Numbered from the stretch's first letter, positions 35,690 through 48,400 are shown. The stretch is 60,000 bases of DNA from Amphiscolops sp. MND2022 (GCA_964187785.1 OZ076409.1:79920001-79980000), one strand, 5' to 3'. The notes: a model not told the origin generated them from the letters alone. Numbers and translations are program-made.

Positions 35690-38600
35690 ATGGATTTCTT
35701 TCACGGAAGCTCACCGCCAAATTTCATCTCCTTCTGTTTAGAACATCAGAATGTTGATGAACCACAAGTCCAAAACAACACTACAACTGGCAATCCCACT
35801 GAGCCTCTTCAACGTTCAGTTCCTATTTCAATGACCAGCAGTGTACCTTCTCCCCCTCCATTTCCCCCAATTAGAGCTGTTCTTAGTCAAACGATGCCAA
35901 TGGCTGTTGATTCTCCCTTCAGCAATGAGAGCAACATTGATGTCACCACTTATGCGGATGAGATGGTTCAGCGGATGGAAATTTCCCAAGGCCTCATCGG
36001 TGATGATCTTGCTCGCTACGATGAAGAAGGTCCATTTATGGCCCAAGTCCCAGCTGCACAGGCCACAATTCAGGATCCTGAGTTTGTACGCTCAAGCACT
36101 CCAAATCCATCCAGCCAGCCTGGGGCTATAGTAGTCAGCCTTTCCCAGCTTGAATCATCCCTCTCAGTTGTGCCAAAGACACAAGCTGACCTCCCTGAAT
36201 TACAAGTCAACCAGGACCAGACTCAAGAGGTGTCTGAAGCTTCATTCCTTCAGTCTGAAGAGAATGCCTCATCTTCAGTCATCGAACCGCCGCCACTTCC
36301 TGGGAGAAATGAGCAGACCAAAGTCTCAGGAGAACAAAGCGACACCAATCAAACGCTGGAAAGTGCAAGTCATTCCGAAATCCCTGCACTGTATGGAACA
36401 AACCCCTTCGACTCTGTTCCAATATCTGGAGGAAGTAGCGAATCTGGATCTGTGAATCATGACCCGGGCCTACCGGGCACGTCAAGGGCAGGCCTACCGG
36501 TACAAGGAGAAGTTCTGCGAGATCTGTCAGGACGAGGTAGAGCAACCCTGAAACAGTATTTTGAGACTGAGGACCCATACACCTTCCCAGTCGGGCAAAG
36601 GGTCGTTGCCTTCACTGAGCCACAAGTCTACCATTTACTCCGAGTTTTGACTGATGAGGCTATAAACATGACTTGTTCCACTATGGAGAAGATGGTAATT
36701 GGAGCTGTCAGTGGGACACTTGCAACAGCCCCTTCACGGACTGGAAAATTTCGGTCAGTAGCTCGTTCCTCTACTCCAGGTCCCAATCAGCGCATTGGAT
36801 CCAGCTCCGAAGGGATTCAGACTGAATATGATTCAGGGTCAGGATCCCAAGCTGACACGAGTATGCTTCAGAATGTCAGCGATTTCTTCAATCCTGATGA
36901 GAGTGATGGTGCCACGGAGATGGCCCTAATTAACCAAGCCTTTGGTATAACCGCTTCTGGGAGTTCTCCTCCTATACCACAACCGGGACAGTCACAAGGC
37001 CTTTCCGAGGAAGGAACTGAGTCAGCTGAGAAGAGTAGCCTCGATGCCACACTATCTGAGGTCCGTAACCGGTCTTGTGCCCAGAAGCCATGTCAGGGAG
37101 TTGTGACAACTAAATCCACCAGAGCCAAGAGGGGACCAAAGCGCGGAGTACCCATGAGGGAGGAGTTTTTCTCCAAGATAAAGTGGACGAGTTCTTTCAT
37201 CTCAGGGCCAACTGACCCTCTCCACAACCCACACATGGTATGGTGCCACATGTGCAAGAAAAACTTCAGCATTAAAACCAAGGGCACCGTTGAGATTTTA
37301 CGCCACCATAGAACAGAGAAGCACCTACGTCGTGATCAAAGGTGTAGATATGAGCACCTCAGAACAACTGATTCGGTGACCGGAAAAATACAACATCGGG
37401 TTCGTGGGAGGAATGGCAAAATCCTCAATAAGAGTGAACTAGCCCATGAACTGCCTAAATTCATCCACACTCTGCTCATCGATGTAGGAGAGAGACACCC
37501 CTTTTATGAGGATTATCTGAAGGGCCATACTTCCGCACCTGTTACGCCTCAGTCGCGGTTGCGGACTCAGATTTGTCTTGTTGGAGACTTTGTTCAAACT
37601 TCGGGAGACCTGGCTCTACTTCGTAAACTGTGGGCGAGGGCTGGCAACTACACAGGGTACCAAGCGGCCTTCCAAGACTTCGATTGGAGTGAAGATCATA
37701 TAATGGTATGTTTATTCAACTGCTTTTCATAGAGTCATGGTTAGCATAACAGGGGGTTAGAAAAGCAGCAGCACATAGTCTCCCAATTTTGTTCCATTTC
37801 AGGCCGTCTTCCAACACATCTTCAATTGCATGATGGAAGACATATCCAATCAGGTTGCCGCATCCCAACATTTTGGGATCGAATTTGAGAAGAGGGGGAC
37901 CAATCGCTACATGTCCCTCCGATTCTGGAACGGTGCCCAGCTTTGTCGGGTCTTCTTCTGCCGGAGTGGTCTTACCGGCACTGGGCTTAGTGAAGAACTG
38001 GGCTCTCTGTCACGGCTGTTGTCCGTCATTTCTACAACCCCCGATGTAGTCGCCATCTCAGGATGAGCCGTCGACCTGACCAGGACAGTGGACAAACATC
38101 CCACTTACCCTCGGGGCGTGCAGAGCTGCTTCCGCTTCGAGTGCCTCGACCTCCAATCGCTGATGCAGAAGATGAATTACAGTGTGTTTGGCCACATTGA
38201 CATGTTCTCGGTGCTTCAATGCCTGCTAGTCTCACTTGGAGGATGCCTCTCAGAAGACTGGGTCGTTGAATCAGCTGAACTCGTTCGAGTAAGTTCACTT
38301 TGTGAATTCAGTCTGTAAGGTACTAGTGTGCAAAGATAAACCACACCAATTGGCCTTTTGATCCTAAGAGCTGTAATGTTCTACGCGATTACAACTTGTA
38401 CACTCGAAGTGAAAAGGATACCAGATTTGTGCCGGGACCTGCTGAAGAAGTGGAAGTCAATTCTGCGATACCTCTCAGTCCATTCCCGCAGACAGGAAAA
38501 CCAAGGAGCCCACAATAAGGTTACACCTCTTTAATGGTACTTATTTACTTTAGGAGGAGTTCATGCTAATTGCCACCCTTTTGGTAATGTGGGCAGAGTT

Positions 38601-39950
38601 ATTTGTCTCGTATTCCCCGTGTCTTTCACAGGTCCACAGTTTTGAGTGGTCTCTCATCATGGACAACTTCTTCACTGCCAAATTAGAGCTGTTCCAGCGC
38701 CTGGTTAGCGATTGTGAGTATTTCCTATTTTGTGGTAGTCACTTTGGTCAGTTGTCCTCTTAAGGGCTTTTATCTTTTGTATTTCAGACGTCACCAGTTT
38801 CGCTATCAATCTAGCTCAAAGACGGGACGCTTCCTTTTTCCTGTGCGGGGAGATATGCAGGTACATTAACCGTCTCTGTTTTCGTGTTTTCCGACCCGAC
38901 ACCGTGCCATTAGAGAACGCTTGGTTTCTGTTATTGGACTTCCAGCTTGGTCAAGGCACACTTATGGACGATGAAGACTTCCTAGTGCGTCTTAAGATAG
39001 CCAGCAGGGTTGCCACTGCCTGTAACCTGAAAGCAGCCGGACTCCACTTTAACAAAAAGTCCAGTACGGCAATCATTGCCAAAACAGCTGAGGTGGCGAA
39101 GTCTGATTTTGTGTCCAGCGACAAGGACTTTATCAAATTTCTGTTGGCAGGGGTCCTTCAACACACAGAGCTCACTTCTGACCTTATCAAGGGATTAGCC
39201 GCGTTCGACCCCTTTATTTTGTTCCAAAGGCCTATGGAAGTTGCCTTACGCCATTTCGACTATTTGTATTCGACATTCCAGTTGCGTTCCTGGGTCTCTG
39301 CATCAAATGAGTCGGCTTGCCGAGATGAATATGTGGCCTTGTTGGACTATCTCCGTGCTAATCATTCTACTGAATTCGTTTCCACCAGTCATCCTCCTGA
39401 TCTCATTGACTTTTTTATGGGCTTAGATTTCCTTCAAACCCACGACCACATTTGTTACTTGTTCAAGCTGAGCTGTTTGTGTATAACATCTGTTAGCTCC
39501 GAGTATCCACCAGTGTCTTTTGGAAAGATTGATACGAAAGGACTTCAGTCTCGTTTGGCAGACGTTATCTTGCCCTGCCAAAGTTACTTGACATCAGTGC
39601 CTGATTCCCTGCTTGCCTGTTGCACTGAGTCCCGCCTTGAGAAGTTCTGTCATTTGTTCACTTCGTTTGGACAATCAGGCTTTGCCGCCGATTATGACCC
39701 TTGGACCTTCGTAGACGGTTTCGGCCGTTCTGCTATTTACAAGACTCTTGTGGCTTCTTATCGTTCTGTTCTCGCTGGGTCGGACTTCCATTTTAGGAGT
39801 CCCACTCTTCCTGGTGTTTCTTCTGTGCAAGACGCACCTGCTGTCAAACTGCCTAGTGAAAACAAGCGTAGACGAATGAGAAGGAGTTGTTCCCGTAGCA
39901 GATCCTCATCTGTCATTGAAGAGTCCCCTGCTGGTGGCTCTAAAACCTAA
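35690..39950 (+). CDS. Spliced zinc-finger, hAT/ZNF862-like protein antisense to Gypsy pol; exons ~35690-37705, 37803-38288, ~38370-38495, 38554-38713, 38788-39950; one in-frame TGA at 38064-38066
   Basis: Long low-complexity N-terminus, then WCHMCKKNFSI...ILRHHRTEKH finger; donors GTATGT 37706, GTAAGT 38289, GTGAGT 38714; acceptors TTTCAG 37802, TTTAG 38553, TTTCAG 38787; third exon boundaries uncertain. Confidence 0.65.
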
Positions 39951-40194
39951 CTGTACATATGTATTTATGTACTTACAGGCTGTAAACTTTGCTGATTTTC
40001 TGTTTGTATTATTTGTTTCATCTTGTTGACCTTGATTTCCTGATCCCGTATTTATTTTCCTTGCAAGGGATCGTTCAAATGTTCCATTATTTATTCAGAA
40101 ATTACTGCTGTATGGGACTGATTAAAAAGAAAAAATAGAAGAGAAAAGAGCAGATCAGTTCAGGTCTAGTTTCTTGAACCTAATTTAATTTTCT

Positions 40195-43100
40195 CTAGTA
40201 TCTGTAGTCTTCTGAGTAGTTTGGGTTGGGATTAGGCCTGAGATTATATTTCCCTCCTCTAGGACTCAGGCTTTCATTTCTAGCATCGTTTTCAGATATT
40301 TCGGGCAGGATAATATCATCCCCCTTGTTTGGAGAATTTTGTGTATCGTTTTCATTCGTCAATTTTCTTTCTGAAAAATTTTCATCGTTTTTCGGTCTAT
40401 CTGCCGTATTCGGCAATGATTTTTCTTGGTTTTTTGGGGAAACGGGCGGATTCGGCCAATCAGATCCTTCATTTTCTGTGGCTGCAGTAAATTCATTTCT
40501 TTCAGTGACGTCATTATTTAAGTGGTCATTCCGGCTGTGCGCCGCATTGTCATTGATCGTTACTTCTCGCGTGATTATGTAATCCGCTTCATTCTCGGTT
40601 ACGTCATTTGTATTCGTTTCTGCCGCATTCGGCCGTTCGCCATTCGGCATGTTGGTCGGAATAGGTTCGCTGCCTCGTGTAACTAGTTGCTCGCCAAAGT
40701 CGGTTTCCCACGTTATGACGTATAAATCATCTTGCGGAATGACAATTTCTTCATCTGGCTGCAACTGTTGTTCTCGGAAATTATCCTCAATCGGTTGATT
40801 GGGGACAAACTTCTTAAGACGAATGCGATGCAAACTTTGAATTTTGTTCGTATTGATCCGTCGTACTATATAGTTTTCATTTGGCAAAACATTTTGGACT
40901 ACAAATGGTTCAACCCAACGGTAATCGTGGAATGGAATTTTTGATCCTTGAATATCCGCTTTAGGCTGTAAGACAAAACAGTATTCGTTCTCCTTTAGTG
41001 GAGCGGCTTTTGCTTTGCGGTCGTAATATTCTTTGTACTTCATATACGACTGCATAATGTTCTGTTTCGTTTTGTCAATTATGATTTTTGTCCTGTTTTG
41101 GATTTTTTCAGCAAATTCGGTTGTAGGGTTGATTTTTTCGTTTGGATTATTTCCAAGCTTGTGATCCAGAATATTAGAGGGAATTCTGCCATGGAATACC
41201 CTTGTTAGTTCACAACTGATGCTGGTATGATAACTAGTATTATGATTAAGTACTGCTAATGGCAAGTATTTATGCCATTGTCGGCGGTATTCCCCGCATG
41301 CCATTTTGAGATACGTCTTTTATGAGGCATGAGTCCGCTCTAATTTCCCAATTGTTTGTGGGTGTTTTGTCGTTGCACATTTGAGTGTGATACCCAAAAT
41401 CTGCGTAACCTCCGCAATAATTGTAGAAGTAAATGCTGTACCTTTGTCAGTAATAAGAGTTGTTGGCAGATATGCATGTTTGGTCATGATGTCAATTATC
41501 GCTTTTGCTACATTGATCGCTGATGAGTCCGTAAGAGGATATGCGAACAAATATCTGGAAAATACGTCGATTGCTGTTAGGACATTCTCATACCCTCCAC
41601 TTGGGGGAAGATTCGGCAATAGGTCGATTTGCATGGCGTCTTCAGGTCCAAGGTCCCATTCGGGCAATTTGAGTAGCTCAGGTGTGATCGTTGCGTTAGG
41701 GACTCTCTTGTCTCTGGCACATTGTTCGCACCCTTCTACCCACTTTTTGACGTGCTTAGCCATGCTAGGGTAGTAATACCTCTGTCGAATTTCCTGCAGC
41801 ATTTTTGAAATCCCAGGATGTTTATGGGCTGTCCCGTGAGGGGATTGTAGTAATTCCTGGAGTAAATGTTGCGGGAGCAGAATTTGATGGTATTTAACAT
41901 TCCCTGTTTCATCAAAATATTGCCTTACTAAGATTTCGTCCTTTAGTACAATCCTTTCCAGATTGTTTGCGTAATGTCTATATCGGGCATCGTGGTGCAG
42001 TAATTTTTCTGAATACTCTTCATGAAGCAGTTTTGCTTTCAATTGCTGTAGGACTGCATCTTTGGATTGTTCGATAATGATCTGGTTCGTTTTCCTCAAT
42101 CGGACTTGTATATCGGGGTGTTGCTTGACCAGATTTGTTGACATGGTTTGTATAGTAACAGTGGGCTCATCAGTTGCTGGATTTTTCCTGATTGCTTCTT
42201 TTCTTGCCCACAACTGTTCTTCTGTCTCATTGTCGTCATTGGTGCAGAAGATTTGTTCTTCTTGTGACACCCCTGCGGATTGGACATTGATTTCAATTGG
42301 TAGTGTTTGTACATCTTCGCGAATTTTCATCACCAATTTGTCCTTCGGGTCTGCTTCCAATCGGGACAAATAGTCGGCAGCTGTATTTTGTGCCCCTGGG
42401 ATGTGTGCTATGACAAAATTGAACTGAATGACATAATCACACGCGTTCCACAGGGCTTGGGGTATTATTTTTGTTTGGAAAAATCTCGTGACAGCTTTGT
42501 TGTCAGTAAGGATGATGACCGGTTTTGGCGCACCCCAGAAGATATGCCCGAATTCTTTGAATGCAAAACAAATTGCAAGGAATTCCTTGGCGTAAATTGA
42601 CATTTTAATCTGTGCTGGGGTGAAAGTTTTTAATCCATATGCGACTGGTGCATACGATTTTCTGAGTGACGTAAATTTCTGGTTTGGGTCATCTTCGATT
42701 AGGACCGCGTACCCGGCTGCACCAAATTTTGCATCAGTCATTAGTGCTATTTGTTTGTTTGGAATGGGTTGCTGTAAGGCCAAGTCGCAACATTTGTCGA
42801 GTGCTCTGTTGATTTCTTCGAATTGTTGGACTAATTCTTTCGATACTAGGACCTTTTCGTCGCTTTTGAGCATCTTATAGAATGGAGCAAGGCGTTCGAA
42901 GAGTCTTGGGACATAATTCCTGTAGTAGTTTAGGAATCCCAAATATCGTTGTAAAGCCTTTTTCGACTTCGGGAATTTGGTCTTTTCCAGAATGTTTTGC
43001 ACGTTCTGTTTCTGGGGTTTGAGGCCTTGTGGGGTAATAGTTCGTCCGAGAAAATCAATTTCTTTTGCACCGAAGTGACATTTGTGCATTGTTAACTTAA

Positions 43101-45399
43101 GGCCTGCTTCCTGAATGCATTTGAACGTAGCTCTCAGGTTCGTCATGAGGTGGTCAACATCATTGGCTGCGATGCCGATATCGTCCACATACTGGGCACA
43201 CTGATCCGCTTTAATGACTTTGTCAAGGTATTCTCTCATGAAACTCGAGAATGCGGATAGTGACCGACTAAGTCCTTGTGCCAAACGTCTGTCAGCGAAT
43301 GTGCGACTGGCAAAATTGAAAGCCAACATTTCGATTGAGCGTTGGTCGGCCATTGGTAGGCAGTGGTATGCCTGCGAACAGTCTAATTTACAGAACAGTT
43401 TTTTGCCTGCCAAGTGTTGGGCGGCATCAACTAGTGTACTGACGGGGTGATTATTGTTGATATAATCATCCGAGATGAGGTTGTTGATTTTTCTCAAGTC
43501 AACCAAGAGTCGGAGTTTCCCATTCGGCTTCTTTTGTGCAAATAATGGACTCGCGTATTTCGAAAATGGGAGTGTAGTTATTATGCCATATTTGTGTAAC
43601 ATGGCTAATTCAACTAGGATGTCCTCTTTTAGATTGATAGGAGCTGGGAGGCTTTGACTATAGGCTGGGGAATCGTCTTTAGGCGTTAGTTTCACCTTGA
43701 ATTCCTCGTTCATGCCTATATCAAATCGGTGTCGTGCAAAGATGTCATGGAATTCTACTAACAGTTCCTCAATTTTCTCCTTCTTCTCAGGAGTAAGGGT
43801 GGAATCTTTCCAGTCGAAGTTTTCTAAGAATTTTGCACGCTATTCTGCATCTGTAGTGGGGTCGAGTGTCTCTAGGTCCTGTAGGGCCTGTAACTCGCGT
43901 AGGATTCGTTTTTGTATAGGTGTGTGTTCCTCAGGGTTTCCAGGGTCTTCTGGAGTTGGGAACCAATAATTTTCGGAGTTTTGTGGATTTCTATTGGTCT
44001 TGATGAGACTGCTGACATAATGGGCTGCTTGCTCCTGGTCATTCTGCAAAAGGTGCCAGGTTGATGCCGGATCTACCGGTTTGACATACTTCATCTGTTC
44101 TGGCGTCATGACTGAGAAATTGGCAATATGAAGTCCCTTTTTTAGTTTATAAAGGTGGTCCGTGAAATTATTCACAGGTATTGATATACTGCCATTATTC
44201 AAAGTGACCAGGGCTGGGCAGAATGTGATGTCACCTTCTTCATGTAGAAGGTCGCTCGGTTGCAAAATCCCAGTGACAGCATTTTCAGGATATAGTAAGG
44301 AATTAGTCCGAATTAGGACTCTGTCATTTGGCGGAATAGTTATTTCAGCAGGGTTAAGGATTAGTTCAAGTACGTTTGAGTACTTATGGTCAGCTGTTTT
44401 GAGCTGCATTGAAAAGAACGGGAAATTCAAAATTCCTTGTCTCATGTCCAGTACTGTATGATTTCGTTGAAGGAACATCAGTCCAATGATCGGTCCCGTT
44501 AGATTCTCCATTACTATGAAGATTTCGTGGAACTCAATGTCACCAACCTCAAATTTGAGCTCTATGGTACTCTTGGGAGTTTCCAATTGGCCATTTGCGA
44601 CCATTATTTGAAAATTCGGAGGCGGACCTTCTCGGATAACTGATTGTGGTGATAGAAGTCGGATTTTCCGGAGGTCCATTTCAGGGATTGCACTGGAAAG
44701 TGCTCCAGTGTCAATTAGGCCGTCTTTTGTTAATTCCCCAAAGTCCATCGGGAAATACAGCATTCTCTTTTTACATTTGAGGTTGATACTGGTCGAAAGT
44801 GGTATACAGTCTGGTTCACCCTCTTTGGTAATGAGGATATTTTGGAATTGCTTCTCGTCCAATAGTGATTGTGGAATTGGTTCCGTACTGGCTTCGTTAG
44901 TTTCAGTTCCCAAGGGGTTCGGGAATACTGGATGGTTAGTACCATCATTCAATTGCCAGTTTTCGATTAGTGCTCTGGTTTTCTTGTTATGGGTTATCGG
45001 GGGGTTTTCGTGGACTGTGGTTTGGTAATGGGCTATATCATCCAGGACGTATTGGAATTGTAGTAGGTCCTGGTTGTAAATCTCAATGTCCCAATAGGGA
45101 TCTCTGCCGTAATCTGGGTCGATGTACGTTGGGTTGTAATCATCTATCAAGGGAATGGGCCTGAATCGGGTTGGAAAGGTGGTTGTGTAGTCAGGATCCC
45201 AAACAGGAATTGGTTTTTGGAACAGATGGGTATTATTATAGGTAATAACGATGGCCTTCTCCATCTGCTGCTGCCAGACAACAGAGGGATAACCCATCAA
45301 TTGTTGTTGATATTCATGGAAAGTTTTTGTTGGAGGATCCGACCTGATATATTGACGGACGGATATTAGTTGGTTGTATTGGAGTCGTGGCGAAGTTAG
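40195..45399 (-). pseudogene. pol: Gypsy pol (protease, RT, RNase H, integrase, acidic tail) with two in-frame stops (43840, 41320)
   Basis: LIDTGA protease; LDCSQAY and YVDD RT; TDA...E...TDNKA RNase H; H-H-C-C (HGTAHKHPG...CEQC) and D,D,E integrase (IDL, TDKG, LER); ORFs 43840-45300, 41320-43713 and 40195-41304 are in one frame. Confidence 0.96.
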
Positions 45400-46241
45400 T
45401 TTTTTGACTCATCTTTGTTTGATGAGGATTGGGTATTGGAGGACATTGGTTTGTTGTGGGCTTTAGGTGCCTCAGAGTCAGGGTCAGTGTCTGAAGAGTC
45501 TTCAGGCCTGGTACGTTTGGGTTTCAAGTGAGCACCTGCTCCCTGCCAACATCTCTCCTCTGGATGGTTTTTCTTGCCACAAGTCCCGCACTTAGGGTAC
45601 GTTTTCTTCTCTGTCGATTTGCCTTGTTGGGTATCTTTCTCTTTCTTTTTTGAGTTTTTCACAGTCTTTGACCATGTGGCCCTTTTCCTTGCAATAGTTG
45701 CAAGTTATGTCCGACATTTGCCCAGTGGAAAGAGGGGTTTTAGTCTTAGAAGATGAGGAAGTCATTGTTGCCATGGGTAGGTCGTCTGACTCCTCGAGGG
45801 CGTTAAGCTCTAATTCCCTCTCCAAATGAGCAACTATTTCTTCGTAGGAGCCATTTTCTAATCTGGCCATGTTGACTGATCGCTTGAGCTTTGGAGGCAA
45901 TTTTGCGTACAACAGACTGTCAATCATTTTTTGTGCATGGTCGCCAAATGCTTTTTCTGCCCCTTGATTGAGGTCCTCAAGGAAATCCGGTAACTTCATC
46001 GTATTGGCATCAAAGACCAAGCGATGCCATTTATGCTTGGCAGTCGCTTGTGACTCGGGTTTGACGTATTTCCGTCGAAAAATGACTAAGACGTCTTCAA
46101 GAGTCTGTCGGTTGGTCGAGTTAATATTTCTGAACGTCTGAAGAGCATTTTTCCCCAGGAGCGAATGAAAATGATTATTTTTCATCTGTTCAGTCATTTC
46201 TGGCTGCATCTTGATCATGGTATGAAACAGATCTTCGAACA
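45396..46241 (-). pseudogene. gag: Gypsy gag, 5'-truncated, frameshifted near 45645
   Basis: FEDLFHTMIKMQPEMTE... capsid-like region; knuckles CNYCKEKGHMVKDC and CGTCGKKNHPEERC in adjacent frames. Confidence 0.88.
45399..45405 (-). promoter_or_regulatory. Putative -1 ribosomal frameshift heptamer A AAA AAC at the gag/pol junction
   Basis: TCA AAA AAC TAA ends gag; the -1 frame is open (LTSPRLQYNQLISVRQYIRSDPPTKTFHEYQQQLMGYP) directly into pol. Confidence 0.7.
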
Positions 46242-46497
46242 CATTACAGTGCACAGGCAAGCTTTTCGCTGATTTTCGTGGAATCCGGGACACGAAAATT
46301 GAGAAAAGTCGTGGAATCCAGGACAAAATTTCTCTTTGATGTTAAGCGTTTCTTGGATTCCACGACAGTGCTTGTCCTGGATTCCACGCCAACACTGCTG
46401 CTATAATGACACTTTTGCCGCTGCTCTCTGATTGGTCCGCTGATTTTGAATAATCATTTTAAATTAATTCAATTTTATATCAAAGGAAATTGTTTTG

Positions 46498-47148
46498 ATT
46501 GACACAAAAAATCCAAGAAGTACGAATAAAGATACTCGTGACTGGTACCAAAAATGAAGCAAGTCATCAAATAATGGCAGATTGTGATGATCTGGCAGTT
46601 TGTTCAAAACTGGTACTAAACTTGAAAATACGAATATTTGTGTAATATAATACGCAATTTTGCAATTTTACTCAACAAGTATTGCTCCAACATGGCGCTG
46701 CGACACATTTTAAACGAATTAGAAAATTAGAATCATAAGCGACGCTGCAACAGCAATATAACCAAGAATGGAAACCAGTGTCATTTGCGTCAAGATTTTT
46801 TAAACGGATTTTGAAGCGAAAAACGGATTGACACAAAAAATCCAAGAAGTACGAATATACTCGTGACTGGTACCAAAAATGAAGCAAGTCATCAAATAAT
46901 GGCAGATTGTGATGATCTGGCAGTTTGTTCAAAACTGGTACTAAACTTGAAAATACGAATATTTGTGTAATATAATACGCAATTTTGCAATTTTACTCAA
47001 CAAGTATTGATCCAACATGGCGCTGCGACACATTTTAAACGAATTAGAAAATTAGAATCATAAGCGACGCTGCAACAGCAATATAACCAAGAATGGAAAC
47101 CAGTGTCATTTGCGTCAAGATTTTTTAAACGGATTTTGAAGCGAAAAA
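46498..47148. repeat. ~329-bp near-identical tandem duplication containing an LTR-end/PBS-like junction
   Basis: ATTGACACAAAAAATCCAAGAAGTACGAAT at 46498 and 46827; each copy contains CAACAAGTATTG(C/A)TCCAACA|TGGCGCTGCGA. Confidence 0.88.
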
Positions 47149-47689
47149 CTCAATTAACGAATTAGAATTATTTGCTGGTATGATACTCATGAGTGGTTTC
47201 TTTTTGGGCCAAGTGAAATAAAAGGAAACACAGTGAAGGCGGAAAAATCTTGGAACGATTGGCTTACGGTAAATACCATTACTTGAATTAATGCTATTTC
47301 AGAAGAAACAACGCCGTTGGAAATGACGAAATTGATGAAATTGTCGCGTGCGCTGTACTCGGTACATGTACTTAGAGTGGAAAGTAAACAGAGTGAGCGA
47401 CAACAGTCAAAGACGGCGAGAAAGCAAAAAGGTGATCAACCATTCAAATCACTAGAAATGGGATCGACGTCGTAATGAATGTCGATGATGGTGGAAAAGC
47501 GGGCGTAGAACAAAACGAATGAGAGCCCAAGAGAGCTTGAAACTGAAAAACATTAAAAAATCCTGAACACTTTGAGAAGTCATGTAACTTGAAATGAGTA
47601 CCTGTGATACCGATAACATTTGAAACATAAGTGAACTTAAATTGATGAGAAATTAGTTTCCCAACAAGTTTTGTCCAAAAAATGGAGAG

Positions 47690-47876
47690 TGTGATAGATT
47701 GACACTGAAAGTTAATCTTAGTGTTAGACAAAACGAATATGTGTGAAAACTTTAATTACTAGCACCTGCCAACATTTTTAGACATCGATAAAGTTCAGAT
47801 ATTCAGTTGCTGTTGCCTTACACTTTCCTGTATAGTTTCTAAGTTCTGCTATCTTCCAACAAGTATTGCTCCATCA
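47690..47876 (+). repeat. Putative 3' LTR of a decayed LTR element
   Basis: Purine tract AAAAAATGGAGAG then TGTGATAG...; ends CAACAAGTATTGCTCCATCA, matching the LTR-end/PBS junction at ~46673-46703. Confidence 0.5.
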
Positions 47877-48400
47877 GTAGTACGTCAAAACACGAAAAGA
47901 TTGAAAACAATTTTACATGGCATTATTTTAAAAATGTGGCATTTATTTATAACTGTCTTGTCATCAAAATATGGCATATGTTTATCAACTGCCAGTTTTT
48001 TATTAGCATTCAACGAATGAGCTTGTTTTTGAATGGTCCTAAAACAATTGTGGAAAGTAAGACCATATCTTTATACATGTGTCGTGGAAACCATATACAT
48101 ATCTTAAACTGTAAGAAAACAACTACCAAAGGGGGTAGGTAAAACGTCAATATTCAAATCTGACTTTTGTCCTGGTTTCCACCAAAATAGCATTCACTGT
48201 TCGATGGCCACGAAAGCGACTGTGGAAAGTAAGACCATATCTTTATACATGTGTCGTGGAAACCATATACATATCTTAAACTGTAAGAAAACAACTACCA
48301 AAGGGGGTAGGTAGTACGTCAATATTTAAAATCTAATATACCCTATTATTGTCATGGAAATATTGCTCAATTGAATGCCGTTTTTGAACATTCTGACAAT
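47877..48400 (-). repeat. Modular repeat family (core GTAGTTGTTTTCTTACAGTTTAAGAT...TTCCACGACACATGTATAA...CTTTCCACAGTCG), reverse copy
   Basis: Two core modules ~183 bp apart; same family at 53998-54435, 55415-55920 and 59145-59700. Confidence 0.85.

Larger units (their letters stand above)
32211..46241 (-). mobile_element. Large Gypsy/Ty3 LTR retrotransposon, 5'-truncated, with ~7 kb extra region between pol and the 3' LTR
   Basis: gag (two CCHC knuckles), PR-RT-RNaseH-IN order; putative 3' LTR 32211-33077; gag breaks at ~46241 into unrelated sequence. Confidence 0.75.

Noticed and set aside
38861..38946. Additional intron (GTACAT...TTCCAG) in the antisense gene
   Set aside because: Splicing would shift into a closed frame, whereas read-through stays open into ORF 38904-39950
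33859..39950. env gene of the Gypsy element
   Set aside because: No signal peptide, fusion-protein architecture or C-terminal TM anchor seen; the larger gene is antisense and spliced
40226..45756. Plus-strand ORFs overlapping gag-pol
   Set aside because: Antisense shadows of the long pol and gag frames
46247..46397. Small CAGTG...CACTG hAT-like MITE with GTGGAATCC inverted motifs
   Set aside because: No TSD found and only 5 bp of terminal match; left unassigned
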